Shown piece after piece: positions 41,081 to 54,120 of a DNA stretch of 64,000 nucleotides. A program made the position numbers and the translations under genes. Every line of letters begins with the position of its first letter. Position 1 is the stretch's first letter. The notes under the pieces were generated by a model that had not been told where the DNA came from, did no database searches, and was given only the letters and a program-made list of their open reading frames with translations. Source of the stretch: Oopsacas minuta (lineage: Eukaryota; Animalia; Porifera); contig JAKMXF010000199.1 in the NCBI GenBank assembly GCA_024704765.1, positions 372,001 to 436,000 of the forward strand, written 5' to 3'.

Positions 41081-43138
41081 AAAATATTTCTTTTAGTATA
41101 AATCTAGTCTTTATCAGTCTGTCACTCCGATGAAGTATGAATCGGTAAAAGTAGAAGTCCGTCTCAATAATGCAAGTGTCGTGAATATTCTAATATTCAA
41201 AATTTATTTTGTTAATTTGTTCATGATAATTTAACATACTTTGAATAATTACATATATTTACAGTAGATCATATTTGTTTCTTCAACATTATACAAGTCA
41301 ATACCAAGATAGAATATGTTTTGATATCTCCAATTTTTGAAATAAGATTGTAGGGAAAATAATCTACAAGTCATGGTAATTCTAAAGGAAAATGTTTGGA
41401 CACCTTCCGACGAATGTCGCAAACAGCAAATTTTCAAGCCAGTATGGTTAGCTTTCAATAAAAATATATTTTAACATATAACGAATGGTCACAATAAGTT
41501 TCAGGACTTTAAATGGAATGGACGGAATTGTCTGAACTGGGCATTTCCACCCAAATGAAAGCAAACATTTCAGACAAGTTTGAAAATCATTACCTACCCA
41601 TATATTATTAATAGACCCTCATGATTTTGATCTTAAGATATACAAAATATGCATAATTGCGTAGAATTGATTATGAAACAATAAAATTGAACATCTCAAT
41701 ACTGATATTGAACTTTAATAGGGATCTAAGTCAGACGGAGAAGGTTGGTAGGAACGTCGATATTGGTAATCACTGAAAGATTTCAAGAGATGAGTAGTCA
41801 TTCGAAGGTTTTTAAGGACAAAACTTAAATTTTGCATAGAATTCTAAAAAGCAAAAGATTAAACCAAGTAATAGTGAAAATTATTCAAAATTAAATCAAT
41901 TGCAACTTAGTTCAATAATCAATGATTATAAATAAGTGCATCTAGTTCAAAGAACTATTATTCTGATAAATTTCAAAGTTGGTGACTTAGTTCATGATAG
42001 CAAGTCAAACTCATGTGCTCGCTAAGTTCCTGTTTGACATACGAATAAAAGAATAACATAGGGAAGGAAATCGCAGAATCAGTATCACAGACTCAATTCG
42101 AGGAGTAAGGAAGATGTTACCAAGAAGTGGTATAATGTCGTGGAAAAGCAACCATGATAAGAGAAAAATTTCCTTGGCAAAAAACTGATAGTGGATTTCC
42201 TGAAGCCGAACGTACAGAGATCGAGACCAAGTTGAAGTGTATTAAGGGTTGCATCTACCAGAAGCGACAATTTTCTCGAACAACAAAGTAATGAATACGG
42301 CTCTTTTGGAAAATGAGCAGGAAAAGATTGAACTTTGAAAGGTATCGATTACAAGGGGGACAAAATGTTCGATATATTGAGACAGATAGTTGGTTTCCAA
42401 AAAGGTCACTAATACCTCAGATCCCTTCGAATATGCAAACTGATAATTATAGACGTGATCGAACAAGGTTACTTCTAGCACTTCCTTCTCGACCATATCC
42501 ACCAGTATTAATGCAGCAACATTTCAGATGTAACAGCAATGATTTGTAGCAAGTATACTAAATTCTAACGTTTTGTTTATACAAATATGAAATTATTCAG
42601 AGCAATCTGTGACACAGACTGTTGCATCATGTTTCAGCAAGCCGAAACTTGCCGACAATAGTATCATCTTCGCAAGCAGTGGAGAAAGTGATGTGGTTTT
42701 CTCGTTCTAGATAATGACCAAAGACAAAAATATCATGCATTACCATAGTTGGAATTGTAAATCAACACACTTGTTCTGGATATCAGCTAAGTGTTCATCT
42801 ACTTTTCAAAAGTGAAAGCACATAAAATATATTTTCTATATTCAAAACGACGCGATTACATACCCTATGCACCGAAATTGTCGAGAAAATATTGATGTGA
42901 TGAGGTTTGGTCTAAAAGGGTAACCATTAAACTAAGAGCCAATAAGGAAAATTGTTACTTAACTTCTAGAAATCTTTGATTCGTTTAAAACTGCATCCAA
43001 AGAAAAGCCTCGTGAGTGCTTCCTGGCCACTTGGCGAAGATGTCAACCAAATACTGCCGGGAAAATGATCCCAAAAATATAACTACCATCTTCAAAATAT
43101 TTCCAGTAGTAATCTAGACAATTAAAACCCAATTAAAC

Positions 43139-43505
43139 TATGTACATATGTTTGTATGTCCAGAATTGATCTAAGAAACTGGACGACCCCAGGGCTGGTT
43201 TTGGCATACGGAGGTATATTAGGCAATTGTTCGGGCAAGATCAAATCTTGGACGAAATTCATACAAAACCAAGGCGAGAATGTCAAAATTTTTGGATTTT
43301 TGAATAATGCCAATTTACATGATAGTAGTTTGAAATTTGAATACCAGGTACCCTCAATGTGACAAATGTCCTGTCATAATTCTGACCAAAAGTTAACTAA
43401 ACATGGGTATGTTTCGTCATCATGACTGGACAAAAACTGAAAATTTTCAAATTTTGAAAAATTTATGAATTTATTAATCCCGAGGCACGGGGGCGCTACA
43501 TTAGT
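43139..43505 (+). repeat. non-autonomous repeat, possibly Helitron-like
   Basis: Starts with a TATG-rich tract plus GTCCAGAATTGAT and ends in GC-rich CCCGAGGCACGGGGGCGCTAC..TAGT. Homologous to 60619-60991 and 26400-26607. The repeat is directly visible; the Helitron class is an inference. Confidence 0.6.
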
Positions 43506-44793
43506 TCTAATTTAGACGTTGCCGTTAGTCTGTATTGTTTTTCCGAGTACTGTCATTAGTTCGAATCAAGTTTGAGTAAATATTAAATAGATAAAGAAAT
43601 TTATTTATGCTTTGAGAATACTATAACTAGCTAAAATGAATGTATTTAGATTTAGATTATATAAGAAAGAGAATAAGAGAAACAGGAAGCATAAATATTG
43701 TTAAATATATTAGTAAATGTCGCAAACATGCTTTATATCACTGAATGGAAACACAACAGGGCTCCAGTTCTTCAATTGCATTACTGTAATCTGTGCAGCA
43801 ATTGACATGATTACACAAGGCACGAATATCCATCTACCTGTATGAGGTAACTGGTAGACTACACAACAGTTTTCCAAACTTGTATGTGTGCTATCTTCCA
43901 CTTCAGAATATTCTGTATCACTTAAGGCAAAATTGTCTGGTGTTTTGAAGTTGCCAATATTAAACTTATCGATTCAAGAAATTGCCATGGTGAGTGCACT
44001 CCTTCATTCAACTATTGTTCTGATATTCCTAAGTTGATCATTATCGTGGTGGAGTATATGAATGAAAGGTTGAATCCTCTCAGGTCTCAAGATCGCCCTT
44101 CTTCCGTTAATACTCTCTGGATGATATAAGGGACTTGAACTTATATAGAATATTATCATGTTCTTTATGTGAAATATTCTTATCATCAATAAGAAACTCT
44201 GCAGTTGCTTCCGGACTCTTGCCCTTTGAAATATAGATAATTTATGCTTCATTGTTGGTCACAACAGGGGCCATTACTTCACTAGTAGCTATTATTAGAC
44301 ACAAAAGAGATTAAAAATATTTTCGGGTGTCATCCAAATTTACATGAGGACAAGGATATATAGAATTTACTTGAATATCTAACAAATTCTAAAACTACAT
44401 TTTTCCGATATATGTCCGGTCCAAGCATTGATATGACGGAAAAGACTGATGTAAGAAGCAAACAAAACTAGAGGTGGGGGAAATGCCAGCTACAAAATAT
44501 ACGTACTAGACTGTAATAATGTGAATGTGTAATCAAACTAGGAAATTATGACACAACTGATTACTAAGGTTGATTTAACTCGCCCTTACAAGTGCGCCTT
44601 TGTAACCTACAATTAGTACATACCAACCGAGAGTATAACTTAAGCAAAGTACGTGCTAACTGAGTTCTACAGTATTGGACTCTGAAATTGGAGTTTGCAG
44701 AGCTTCGATAAGACTTGAAGTGTTACAATAGGAAAATGAAAAAATTAGTGTAAAATGAAAGGAAATAAATAAAATATATATGATATAACATAC

Positions 44794-44978
44794 TCGTGCA
44801 GATCTTATTAGAATGATAGGGTTGCCGCAAATATTAAAATTTAATGCATCAGTTCCCCATAGAGTACAATTGATTTTCTTTCTAGTCCTATCTGCTAATA
44901 TCAGTTCTCTCTTTTGCAATTGCGTACCTTTACTCCTGAGCAAAAAATCCACGAGATCACAAATTTCAACACAGACGC
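44794..44978 (-). CDS. RPA1: RPA1-like exon: DBD-B core
   Basis: 185 nt: (G/C)VCVEICDLVDFLLRSKGTQLQKRELILADRTRKKINCTLWGTDALNFNICGNPIILIRSAR, matching human [62 protein letters not shown]. Acceptor ttattag| at 44979-44980, donor |gtatgt at 44792-44793; phase 0 end joins VSDF of the next exon. Confidence 0.88.
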
Positions 44979-45111
44979 CTAATAATATTAGAAATGTTGA
45001 GAAACTGCTGGAAAAATTTAAATAACGTAAGCTTAGGCAGAAATCGTTGAAAAAACACACTACCAACGACAAAGAGAAAACATTAAACTTTGGATAAAAC
45101 AAGAAATATAC

Positions 45112-45188
45112 AGATGAAATTATGAATAGTATTAGAATCAGCAAAACACTCGTTATGTGCAGTCCAGGATTGAAATTGAATGTAAACC
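45112..45188 (-). CDS. possible upstream RPA1 mini-exon
   Basis: AG/GT-bounded 77 nt with a phase-compatible end, VYIQFQSWTAHNECFADSNTIHNFI. It is only weakly similar to the expected VQFDF...DSLVDII segment and would put Cys at a conserved Gly. Confidence 0.3.
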
Positions 45189-45936
45189 CTAACATAGAAA
45201 ATACTTATAACTATTGCTGATAAATATAAATTGACTATATATTGAAGAACAGGAGAGAATGTGTACAAATTTGATACAGATAACAAATAACTACATCGAG
45301 AGGAACACAAAAATTGAACTGTTCTCTTCCGGGCACACAACTTGATATGAGTTCGATATCCATTGTCCTATTGTCCAATCATGTTAAGATAAAAAATGCC
45401 GGAATTGAAATATTCGCCTCAAGATTCAAAGAATAGTAAGAATAACCTATCATTACCGTATCTCGAGTTTGTAACAACTTTGAGAAATAAGACATAAGAT
45501 ATTGTTTAATAGAATATTGCAGGAAATGTACGATTTTCAAAAAGGTGCATAAATATCATCCTTGGTGAGAGAATTGGTTATAACGAAGTGGTTACTTTTT
45601 CGAGTTCCTTTTCATTAAGAACAGAAACTTGGCCTAATGGGTTATACTAAAGTAATTTTGAATATAGCAGAAGCAGTTATATTTTACTATTGAGACAGTA
45701 CAATGCTGTGCTATAATAGAAAATAAATGCTACCGGACAGGCTTTGCTCTCATAAAGTGAGAAAGATCTGTCTGAAAGGTAGATGCTTCACAATGAAAAG
45801 AAAAAAAGTAGCTCCCAATTGCAGTGGGTGTATATGAAAGATCCCAGGTGGACTAAAAATTTGAAAACTTTAATTGAAATTGACCTATCAGAAATTTAGA
45901 AACTAAAAGTGATAGCAATGTTTGATTGTTGAAGTA

Positions 45937-47275
45937 CTACGGGCGTTCAATAAGTAGTCGTTATTCCAAATTTTGTAAGTCGGAATATTTCGACCTAGAT
46001 CAAACTGAATTTTCTAATAACAATCCATCTATTGTGAATTCAATAATGCAGAGCTTTTTTGATTCTGATGTCTCGTTGAAATATTGTACTTATTTACATT
46101 TTGACAGTTTATTATAGTAACATTTTTAATGGCTTCAAAAAGTACAGATTTCAAAATTGAGCAGAGAGCATATGTGAAGATCAGAACACTGCTCAAGGTT
46201 TCACCAACAGATGTCCACAAAGATTTAGAGGAAGTTTATAAGGATACAGCACTTCCATATTCCACTGTTGTTGATTGGGCTAGACGCTTTCGTGAAGGTA
46301 GAGTGTCCATTGAAGATGGGGCAAGAATAGGGAGACCAGTTTCCAGCACCAATGACAAAAATATCCTTGAGGTATCCGCGTTACTTGAAGAAGACCCTCA
46401 TATCACGCTTGTGGAGATAGCTGATGCGGTTGGTATCTCAACGGGAACTGCTCAAGCTATTGTACATGATAATATGAAATTCCGAAAGATATGTGCTCGA
46501 TGGGTGCCGCATTTACTAACTCAGGCCCAGAAAGCAAAGAGGGTCCAATGCGCTACTAAATTGCTCTCTGAGTTTGATCGAACTGACTCCAGAAGGTTAT
46601 TTGACATAGTAACAGGTGACGAAACTTGGGTACGTTATTCTGAGCCTTTATCAAAAGAAGCAAACAAAGTATGGGTGGCAAAAGGACAGGACCCACCAAT
46701 GATCCCTCGACATGACTTTCGGGATCCGAAGGTTATGTACTGTATATTTTTTGATTCTAATGGTCCAGTGTGCCAGATTTGTGTCCCCAAATACCAAACA
46801 ATAACAGGCTCCTTCTACACCAATGAGTGTCTAACAGAGGTTGAAAAATTCTACCAAAATCGACGGCCAAGGACTGGAACTCGTGGATTGCGAATATTGC
46901 ATGATAACGCCCGACCGCACAAGACAAAGCTGGTTAGAGAAAAGTTAGAAGCTATGAAAATTGTGGAGCTAGATCACCCTCCCTACTCGCCAGATCTAGC
47001 TCCCTGTGACTTTTGGTTGTTTCCAAAGCTAAAGAAACATCTATCAGGCAGGAAATTCGAGAGTCGAGCTCAGATAGGATCGGCGATTTTCCAGTATATG
47101 AAAGGTGTACCAACCGAAGACTACAAAAAAGTATTTTTCGATTGGATAAAAAGGCTGAAATTGGTTTTACAGCACGAAGGGGAATACTTTGAGAAACTCC
47201 ATCACTGATTACACAATTGTGCTAGAAAAATTTAGAATTACAATGTGATAACGACTACTTATTGAACGCCCGTAG
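45937..47275 (+). mobile_element. intact mariner (DD34D) transposon, family A
   Basis: Perfect 28-bp TIRs CTACGGGCGTTCAATAAGTAGTCGTTAT, TA on both sides (45935-45936, 47276-47277) and an uninterrupted transposase ORF. Confidence 0.97.
46129..47208 (+). CDS. mariner transposase, 359 aa, full length
   Basis: HTH region, WVPHLL, TGDETW, HDNARPH and YSPDLAPCD, with exactly 34 residues between the second and third catalytic Asp. Confidence 0.97.
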   Translation: MASKSTDFKIEQRAYVKIRTLLKVSPTDVHKDLEEVYKDTALPYSTVVDWARRFREGRVSIEDGARIGRPVSSTNDKNILEVSALLEEDPHITLVEIADAVGISTGTAQAIVHDNMKFRKICARWVPHLLTQAQKAKRVQCATKLLSEFDRTDSRRLFDIVTGDETWVRYSEPLSKEANKVWVAKGQDPPMIPRHDFRDPKVMYCIFFDSNGPVCQICVPKYQTITGSFYTNECLTEVEKFYQNRRPRTGTRGLRILHDNARPHKTKLVREKLEAMKIVELDHPPYSPDLAPCDFWLFPKLKKHLSGRKFESRAQIGSAIFQYMKGVPTEDYKKVFFDWIKRLKLVLQHEGEYFEKLHH

Positions 47276-48228
47276 TAAATGGTAGTTAGGTGAAATTTGA
47301 TGAAATAAAATTCAAATAATTAGAGACAGTATTACAAACACTATCGGAAAAACTGGAGAACGAAGGTAAATTTCCAAGTAATTGAAAATTTAGTCCATAA
47401 ATGAGCACCGTTAAAGTGACAAATATCAACAATAAATTTCGAATATAATTTAAACACAGTGGAAAATATATTTTGGCCAATTTCTAAGGAAAATACAAAT
47501 AGTCCCATTAGCGGGATTTCAGATAAGATTGGACAGGTGCCGATTTCATTACAAAGATATTTCCAAAAACATAGCATACAACCTGGCTTCTTCATGTAAT
47601 ATCAACAGAATACTGCCAGGAAAATGTGTAATGTTTTGATGTCAAATGTCCTATGATCTCGTTTTTTTCCCGTGAATTGGTATAAACGAAGATAAATTTA
47701 TTATTCCTTTGAATTACGAACATAAACTTAAGCCCAAATCGTTTAAGGTTAAGAAATGTGGAAATGCACATACAGGGTTTGTAGGTTTTGTCCATGTGGT
47801 AAAATGGGAAAAACCGTCCTGTCCAAAACCTCCTAACTGATAAAACTGGCCATAACCGGTAAAAGCCTAATTGAAATCCTAGTGCATGTTACCTGTATAT
47901 TTAATATCTGAATAAATACTTGTTGACAGATAGGAGTTCGCTTTGAGAGCATTTTTCAAGATGAGTTCTAATCCTCCAAGCCTTTGTGTTGGCCATAGCA
48001 CTACATTTTATACACTTCGCTCATATTTTTTCACCAATTTCTAATTGATAAAAAATTTCCAAACTGAATGAATGGGGCTTCCCCCTTGTGCCATTTCAAA
48101 CTGGACAATTTAAGTAAGTAAAATATACAATCTGCCCGATAGTATTCAATTTCTATAATTTCACAAATGCTTTGGATAATTATACCCGTTTAGAAGTATA
48201 TATGTACGAATAATTCATTAGTATAATA

Positions 48229-49561
48229 TCAGGGCGTTCAATAAGTCTTGCGAGTCATGATATATCTCAGAAATTAGTCAAGTAATGTAACAAACTTTCA
48301 TATATTATAAGCCGATATAGTTAAACTCCATATGCTGAAAGTTTCAAGCTTATTCAATACAAATTATGAATTTTTGAAATAGTTACGCATAGTCAATTTA
48401 TACCCACTGTTGAATGTATGACTTCAAAGGATGATAAATTCAACTTCAAATGGCGAGCTTACATAGAGTTTCAGGAAATAATCAAGATCCAGCCCGTACA
48501 GATCTTCAGAGAGTTACAGGAGATATTGTGAATGGATTGCCCTTCCAGATCTACTGTAGAGCGATGGGCTGCCAGTTTTAGATCTGGTGATGCTGATGTC
48601 ACGGATTTGCCTGGATCTGGAAGACCGGTATCCGTCACCAATTCAGAGAACCTCGCATTCATTGAAAATATGGTCATGGAAGACAAGTGCATTACTATCA
48701 ACCAGTTAGAATAAAGTATAGAGATTTCATCGGAGCTCTTCATACAATTCTGACGACTGAGCTTGGCTACCGATCGATTTGTGTGAAATGGGTCCTGCAC
48801 AAGCTCAGTGAGAATCAAAGGTCGGCACGACTGAATATTGCCAAGAAACTCTTGGAAACTTATGAGAACTACGATTCTAGACGCCTAACAGAGACTTTTA
48901 CTGGTGAAGAGACGTGGGTGTACTATTCAACACCATATAGCAAGTATAAGAAGCGATCATAGGTAAGGGGCGACGAACAAGCGGCGAAAATTCCCAGGCC
49001 CGACTTCAGAAAACCTAAGATTATGTTTACCATCTTCTTCAGTAGTCATAGAATTGTCTTGCAATTACCTTGTGAGAGTGGCAAGGCTGTTACTGCTACT
49101 TTCTTTACAGAGCAAGTGGTCCAAATTTGATAAAAAATATAGAAAAGTACCGCCCGAAAACAGGAACTCGAGGAATGAAGATTTTAATTGATAACGCCAG
49201 TTCCCATACAGCTAAGCTTACCAAAAATTTCTTGGATGTACAAGGGTTAGAATCACTTCCCCATCCACCATACTCACCAGACCTAGCTCCGTGTAATTTT
49301 TGGCTATTCCCCAAGCTTAAAATCTACCTTCAAGGCAAAGATTTTAACACATTACAGGCACTCGGAACGGGCCTGTACCAGTACTTCAAATCCAACCCCA
49401 AAGAAGATAACAGAAATATGTTTTACAAATGGGTGGAAAGGTTAAAACTTTGTGTATCTGCATGAGGGGATTACTTTGAATAAATAATATAGTGAATTAG
49501 TGTATATAGTTTATGTATCATATTCTATGATATCACCCGCAAGACTTATTGAACGCCCTAG
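48229..49561 (+). mobile_element. mariner family B copy 3 (defective)
   Basis: TA|TCAGGGCGTTCAATAAGTCTTGC...GCAAGACTTATTGAACGCCCTAG|TG. Same lesions as copies 1 and 2. Confidence 0.93.
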
Positions 49562-49688
49562 TGATTGGTTGAAACAACACATTCTATGATCACTTTACTG
49601 TTTGATTGTAAGCCAGTGCCAATAGTATATTACCAAATCATAATAAAATATCAACAAGTTATATATGTATTCTTATTATCGAAGGGTA

Positions 49689-49794
49689 TAGGATTGACCA
49701 GTATGCCCTGTTTCGACCAGTTTTGGCTGCTAATACCGGGTTTTTCCCACTGCCCGTCCAAAACCAGTTTTGGGCAGGACAAAACTCAATCCTG
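49689..49794. mobile_element. short MITE (related copy at ~47773-47881)
   Basis: Ends TAGGATTGA / TCAATCCTG. Internal GTCCAAAACC, CAGTTTT and GGTTTTTCCC motifs are shared with the 47.8-kb copy. Confidence 0.5.
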
Positions 49795-50699
49795 TACGCA
49801 TAAGAGAGAATAGCAGCATCCTAACCGATAATTACAGAGCTGCCAGTACAAGAATATTAAGATTTTAATGAAGTAAAAATTATGTCAAAAATTTCGGAAT
49901 ATCACAGAAAATACTCAACAATACGATAAGTTCAGAATATAAAGAATAATTATTAGAAGTTATTTCATAGATAATAGCGATAATCTAGAACCGCATTTGT
50001 TTTGATAGTCCCATTGAGAGTGGGGCCATGTGTCCAATAGCTTTGAAGTTCTTAAGGGGTTGGATTCATCAGGATAATTTGTTTAGAAAAATGCTAGAAA
50101 TGGAGCAGAGGACGCATACTTCACGAAACTATTGAACACATACATAGTGCAAAATTGCAGAAAAATAGAAAAAACAAAATGACAATATCTGAGAAAAAGA
50201 GCAAATGGAGAGAAGTTAATCATTGATCAGAATCGTAGATATTCTACATAGATCTTTAATCGTACAATTGACTTAAAACCAGACGTTGTTTAGTCTAAAC
50301 CTAGCATTCATTCCAAATAAATATATGTTATAAAATAATATAAATTGAGTTTCCAAAAAGGGGAAATATATTTCTATAGTTGATTAATTAAATAATAGGC
50401 TGGCATTCCTAAATTAGAGTCTCAAACATAATTCAGGTAGTTTACCCAATTAAATGAGGTTTAGGACAATGAAATAACCAGTTTTGAGCACAAAAATAGG
50501 GCCGAACCCAGTTTAACCCACCAAATGGGGTGTAACCACATTTAAACCGGGGGGGTGGGTTAAACTAGCCAACCCTGGAGACAACACCTGCTGGCCTATT
50601 AGCCTGGAAGATGGATTATATTAATTATAAAAACGGTCTGAAAAATATACGATTTAAGGATGATTATTCAGCCCCAATTAACCCGTCGAACTTTGATTC

Positions 50700-51350
50700 A
50701 ACATTTATAATTGACATTGTCTCTTGGTAAGATTACTGTGTTAATCTGCTATTTGTATCAAAAAAGCCAACTGCATTAAAGGTTTACTAGCTTTCGACAC
50801 ACTTGGAGGCATTATCACTCCTGATCAAACAACTTGCAGAGAACTGAGAGAATACCCTACCTTCCATAATCCAGAATAATGGTCTAGAACATCACTTTGG
50901 TCTATATAGACAGATGTCAGGGTCCCACTATTAGATGTCTTTTACTCAAATTTAGAAAGTCATCAATTTAAATATTTTACCTACACTGAAGGCACCATTT
51001 CTCTTAAAGAATACCTCAACACATATACTGACGACTATGATTGTTTGACTCAAGAACAACTTGATATAGAACATTACAACTGAATTAGAAGTCTCTTAAA
51101 TAGATTGCCTCGTTTATATAGCTGGATCTTTTCTGACTTTAAAAAGTCTAGTGGTTGTCAATCTTGTAACACCAGATAACCTCCTGCGAGCTAACAAAGG
51201 GGTTGGATTTCAATGTATTTTGATTGATCTAGTGGATAGAGGTTCAATTAATTATCCTACTCGGTATTTGGTGAAATGTATGCACCCATGGAAAGAAGTC
51301 TATTCTGGACTATCTCGTAACTTGTTGGTATGAATATATTTGAGCATTAG
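50700..51350 (+). pseudogene. P-type transposase C-terminal remnant
   Basis: QNNGLEHHFGLYRQMSGSHY at ~50875-50930 matches QNDPLEHHFGLYRMMSGAQY of the 16302 element. Confidence 0.7.
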
Positions 51351-52899
51351 GGTGCCAGTTGTCTCTTATATTGGGAATAACACTTGACACATCATTCTTT
51401 ATGGTATTTAAAACCTAAAGAATCATAATGTACAATTTCATTGGAATTCAGGAAGAATAGAGGTGCGCAATACAATAATTCCAAGTCCAGGCTGTGCAAT
51501 TGGATTCAACCGGATATTTTACATTATCGAAAAGTGTAAATCTGATAGGATTGGAAACTATACAACATATATTTGGTGTCTTTGGAGCGGTTTGTATTTG
51601 CTTAGAATACAGATTTGTACTACATGGATTATCACTTCATTGATAAAGGAGAAAAACAAATGGAATTCGCTAATAAAATGGTGACCTAGTATTTTCAATA
51701 TTTGCGGCAACAAATGCACACTAATGAGCATTAATAAAGATAGATACAGTAATATCTGGAATGATTGGTGTTTCTGTGGTGTCTGGAATTCGATATTGAG
51801 GAAATTGTGCTTAGCCTGACCTAATATCATCCTGTAGAAGAGGGTTCGGAATGTTAATGTCATGGTCTTAATATCAATAACACTAAGTGAAAAAGATATA
51901 AATTTTCGATTTTCTTTTGTTTTAGATGATTCTACTAGCTACCATTAGAAGAGAGAGAATGAAGAGTGTAGTTTAGTTAAATGATAAATGAATTGTCATA
52001 TTTAATCTATTGATGCGTATATATTTGTATCTAGCATTGTGCTGATTGTGATTTTACTATTAAAGTATAATAATTGTATAATTCAAATGGAAATTTTAAC
52101 TGGGCTGAGTGGTCTTAGATCATTATAATACAACAAATGTTATACTAGAATACTTTAGAATAGTTTCAAAAGGGGATATAACAGGTATTCGATATTTTTA
52201 AAGTCAAGAGTAAATGCCATTCATGGTGCAGGTTTTGAATAGAGTGCCAGTGCCTAGTATATAGAATGCTATGGACATGTTTAATACCACTGATCATACT
52301 TGGAAATATATTAATAAGTTATCCTAAAATCAGACCGTTGAGTCATTTAAGGAGCGATCTAAGCGTACTGCAGGGCAACTATACCGCAAGGGGACCTGGG
52401 AATGTCGCCCATGTTGCCTCGGGTAAGAATCAGACAAAGATTAAACCAAAGGTGGTCACAGGATTCTGAATGAATATCCAATAGTCAGTGTCAACCGCAT
52501 ACTTCCCAAATTTTGCAAATGCACCAAAAGTGGCACGAAGACATGAAAATTCATAAGCGACTTTCTATAGATCACATTTATGGTTTCAAGACATACAAGG
52601 CGGGCCACTATCCGGTGAATAAACAATAATAGATATACTAATATCATTAATTGTTGACAATATAACAATTACTTAGTTACACTGGTCCAGGATTCCAGAT
52701 GGTGTAATGGTATGTAAACTGTCACACAACAATACATATTGGCTTTTAAGTACAAAATCCGAGTTATCAGTTCTAAATATAGTCTGTTCTTTGGCCTGGC
52801 CCATCTCTTCAAATTTTACTACAGAATGTGATAGAATCTTGATGCTACAGACTTCAGTAATGCGGATCTTAATAATTCCTTACTACTGCAGCAAGTGGT

Positions 52900-54120
52900 A
52901 AAAAAAGGTGGTGAAGAACAAACCTCGCTGTTTCCAACAAACGTGACTACAAAAGATAAAGGAAAGAAAATTTCCTCGACTGGATTATGATAAGATTTCC
53001 AAGGTGCTTCTGCAAAGTTTGTAAGAATGGAGGTAGGTCACTTGAGAGTATGGTGGAACTTGTGTTACATATCAACAATTGGAGCAACGCTGCAGGAAAG
53101 ATGCGAGCTCATTCAGTCTTGTGAAATTCAGATTATTACAGTAGAGCAATGTAATAGTGGACTATCGTAAATCAGTTGCAGCAAGTAGGTGAAAAAGAGA
53201 TGCTAAAGAACCCAGCAGCTATAAAATCATCCAGCCGCTAAACTCATTTTCTTGCTCATCATCATATTGCTCAAAAGACTAAATTCAGTAGACATGTTGA
53301 TAGAAAAGTGAGTTGTGACGGACAAGATTCAAGATTATTCATTGAAAGAGCTTTAAGAAATGGAGGATAAGTCCAAAGGCGCCGAGGTTGAATTTTTTGC
53401 AGCATTAGGGCAATGGGCTGAAGAATCCATCCTAAAAATCCTCCGACAAGCACAGTATTTAGCTTGATGGCTGATGAATATACAGATATTGTAATATCGA
53501 ATAGTTTTATGTATTTTGTCATTGGGTAGAAGATGGACTGCCTATTAAACACTTCATAGAAATTTTTTCATTGAGAAAAGCAGATGCCAAAAACAATCTG
53601 TGAGACTCTGGTTGAGTGCTTGAGGAAGAAGAGCATACAAGTTAGCAGGCAGATTGGCATGGACTTTGATGGGGCAGCAATATTTTCTGGAAAGCATAAG
53701 GAGTTCAGAGCCTATTGATGAAGAATTGATCTCATTCTATATCGGTGGACTGTCATCGTCAATAATTACAATTCGCATGTGTTCAAGCAGCCAACAGTGT
53801 TAGTGGTATAAACCATATCTATACTACGCTGACAATTCTTTGGAATTGTTCCACTATTTCCCAAAGGGAGATGAGTATTTCAAGGAGGTCCAGCATGTAG
53901 TCAATATCCCAATGTTTAGAGATAATCAAAACATCAAACAGACGTTGGGCGGTTCACGAACGATGTTTAAAAGTTGTAAAAGATAACTTAAGTGGAATGT
54001 TTTTGCTCTCAACAATATCTATGAAGAGACAAATGAGCCAGAAGCACTGAGCACAAGCAAAGCTCGTACAAAACGTCAACAATATCAGTAATATTTCCTT
54101 TTGATTACATTTGATCCTTC
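52900..54120 (+). pseudogene. degenerate hAT transposase (ZNF862-like)
   Basis: LMADEYTD, WVEDGLPIKHFIEIFSLRKADAKTICETL, IGMDFDGAAIFSGKH and RRWAVHERCLKVV in broken frames. Confidence 0.8.

Noticed and set aside
42085-42549. EVLEVTLFD segment as another OB-fold or RPA exon
   Set aside because: RPA1 DBD-B is already complete without it, and the surrounding region looks like decayed transposase (a hAT-like LPTIVSSSQAVE at ~42650).
44656-45195. 179-aa ORF with hydrophobic stretches as a membrane protein
   Set aside because: Only 44794-44978 is RPA1-like; the hydrophobic parts are T-rich intron sequence read through.
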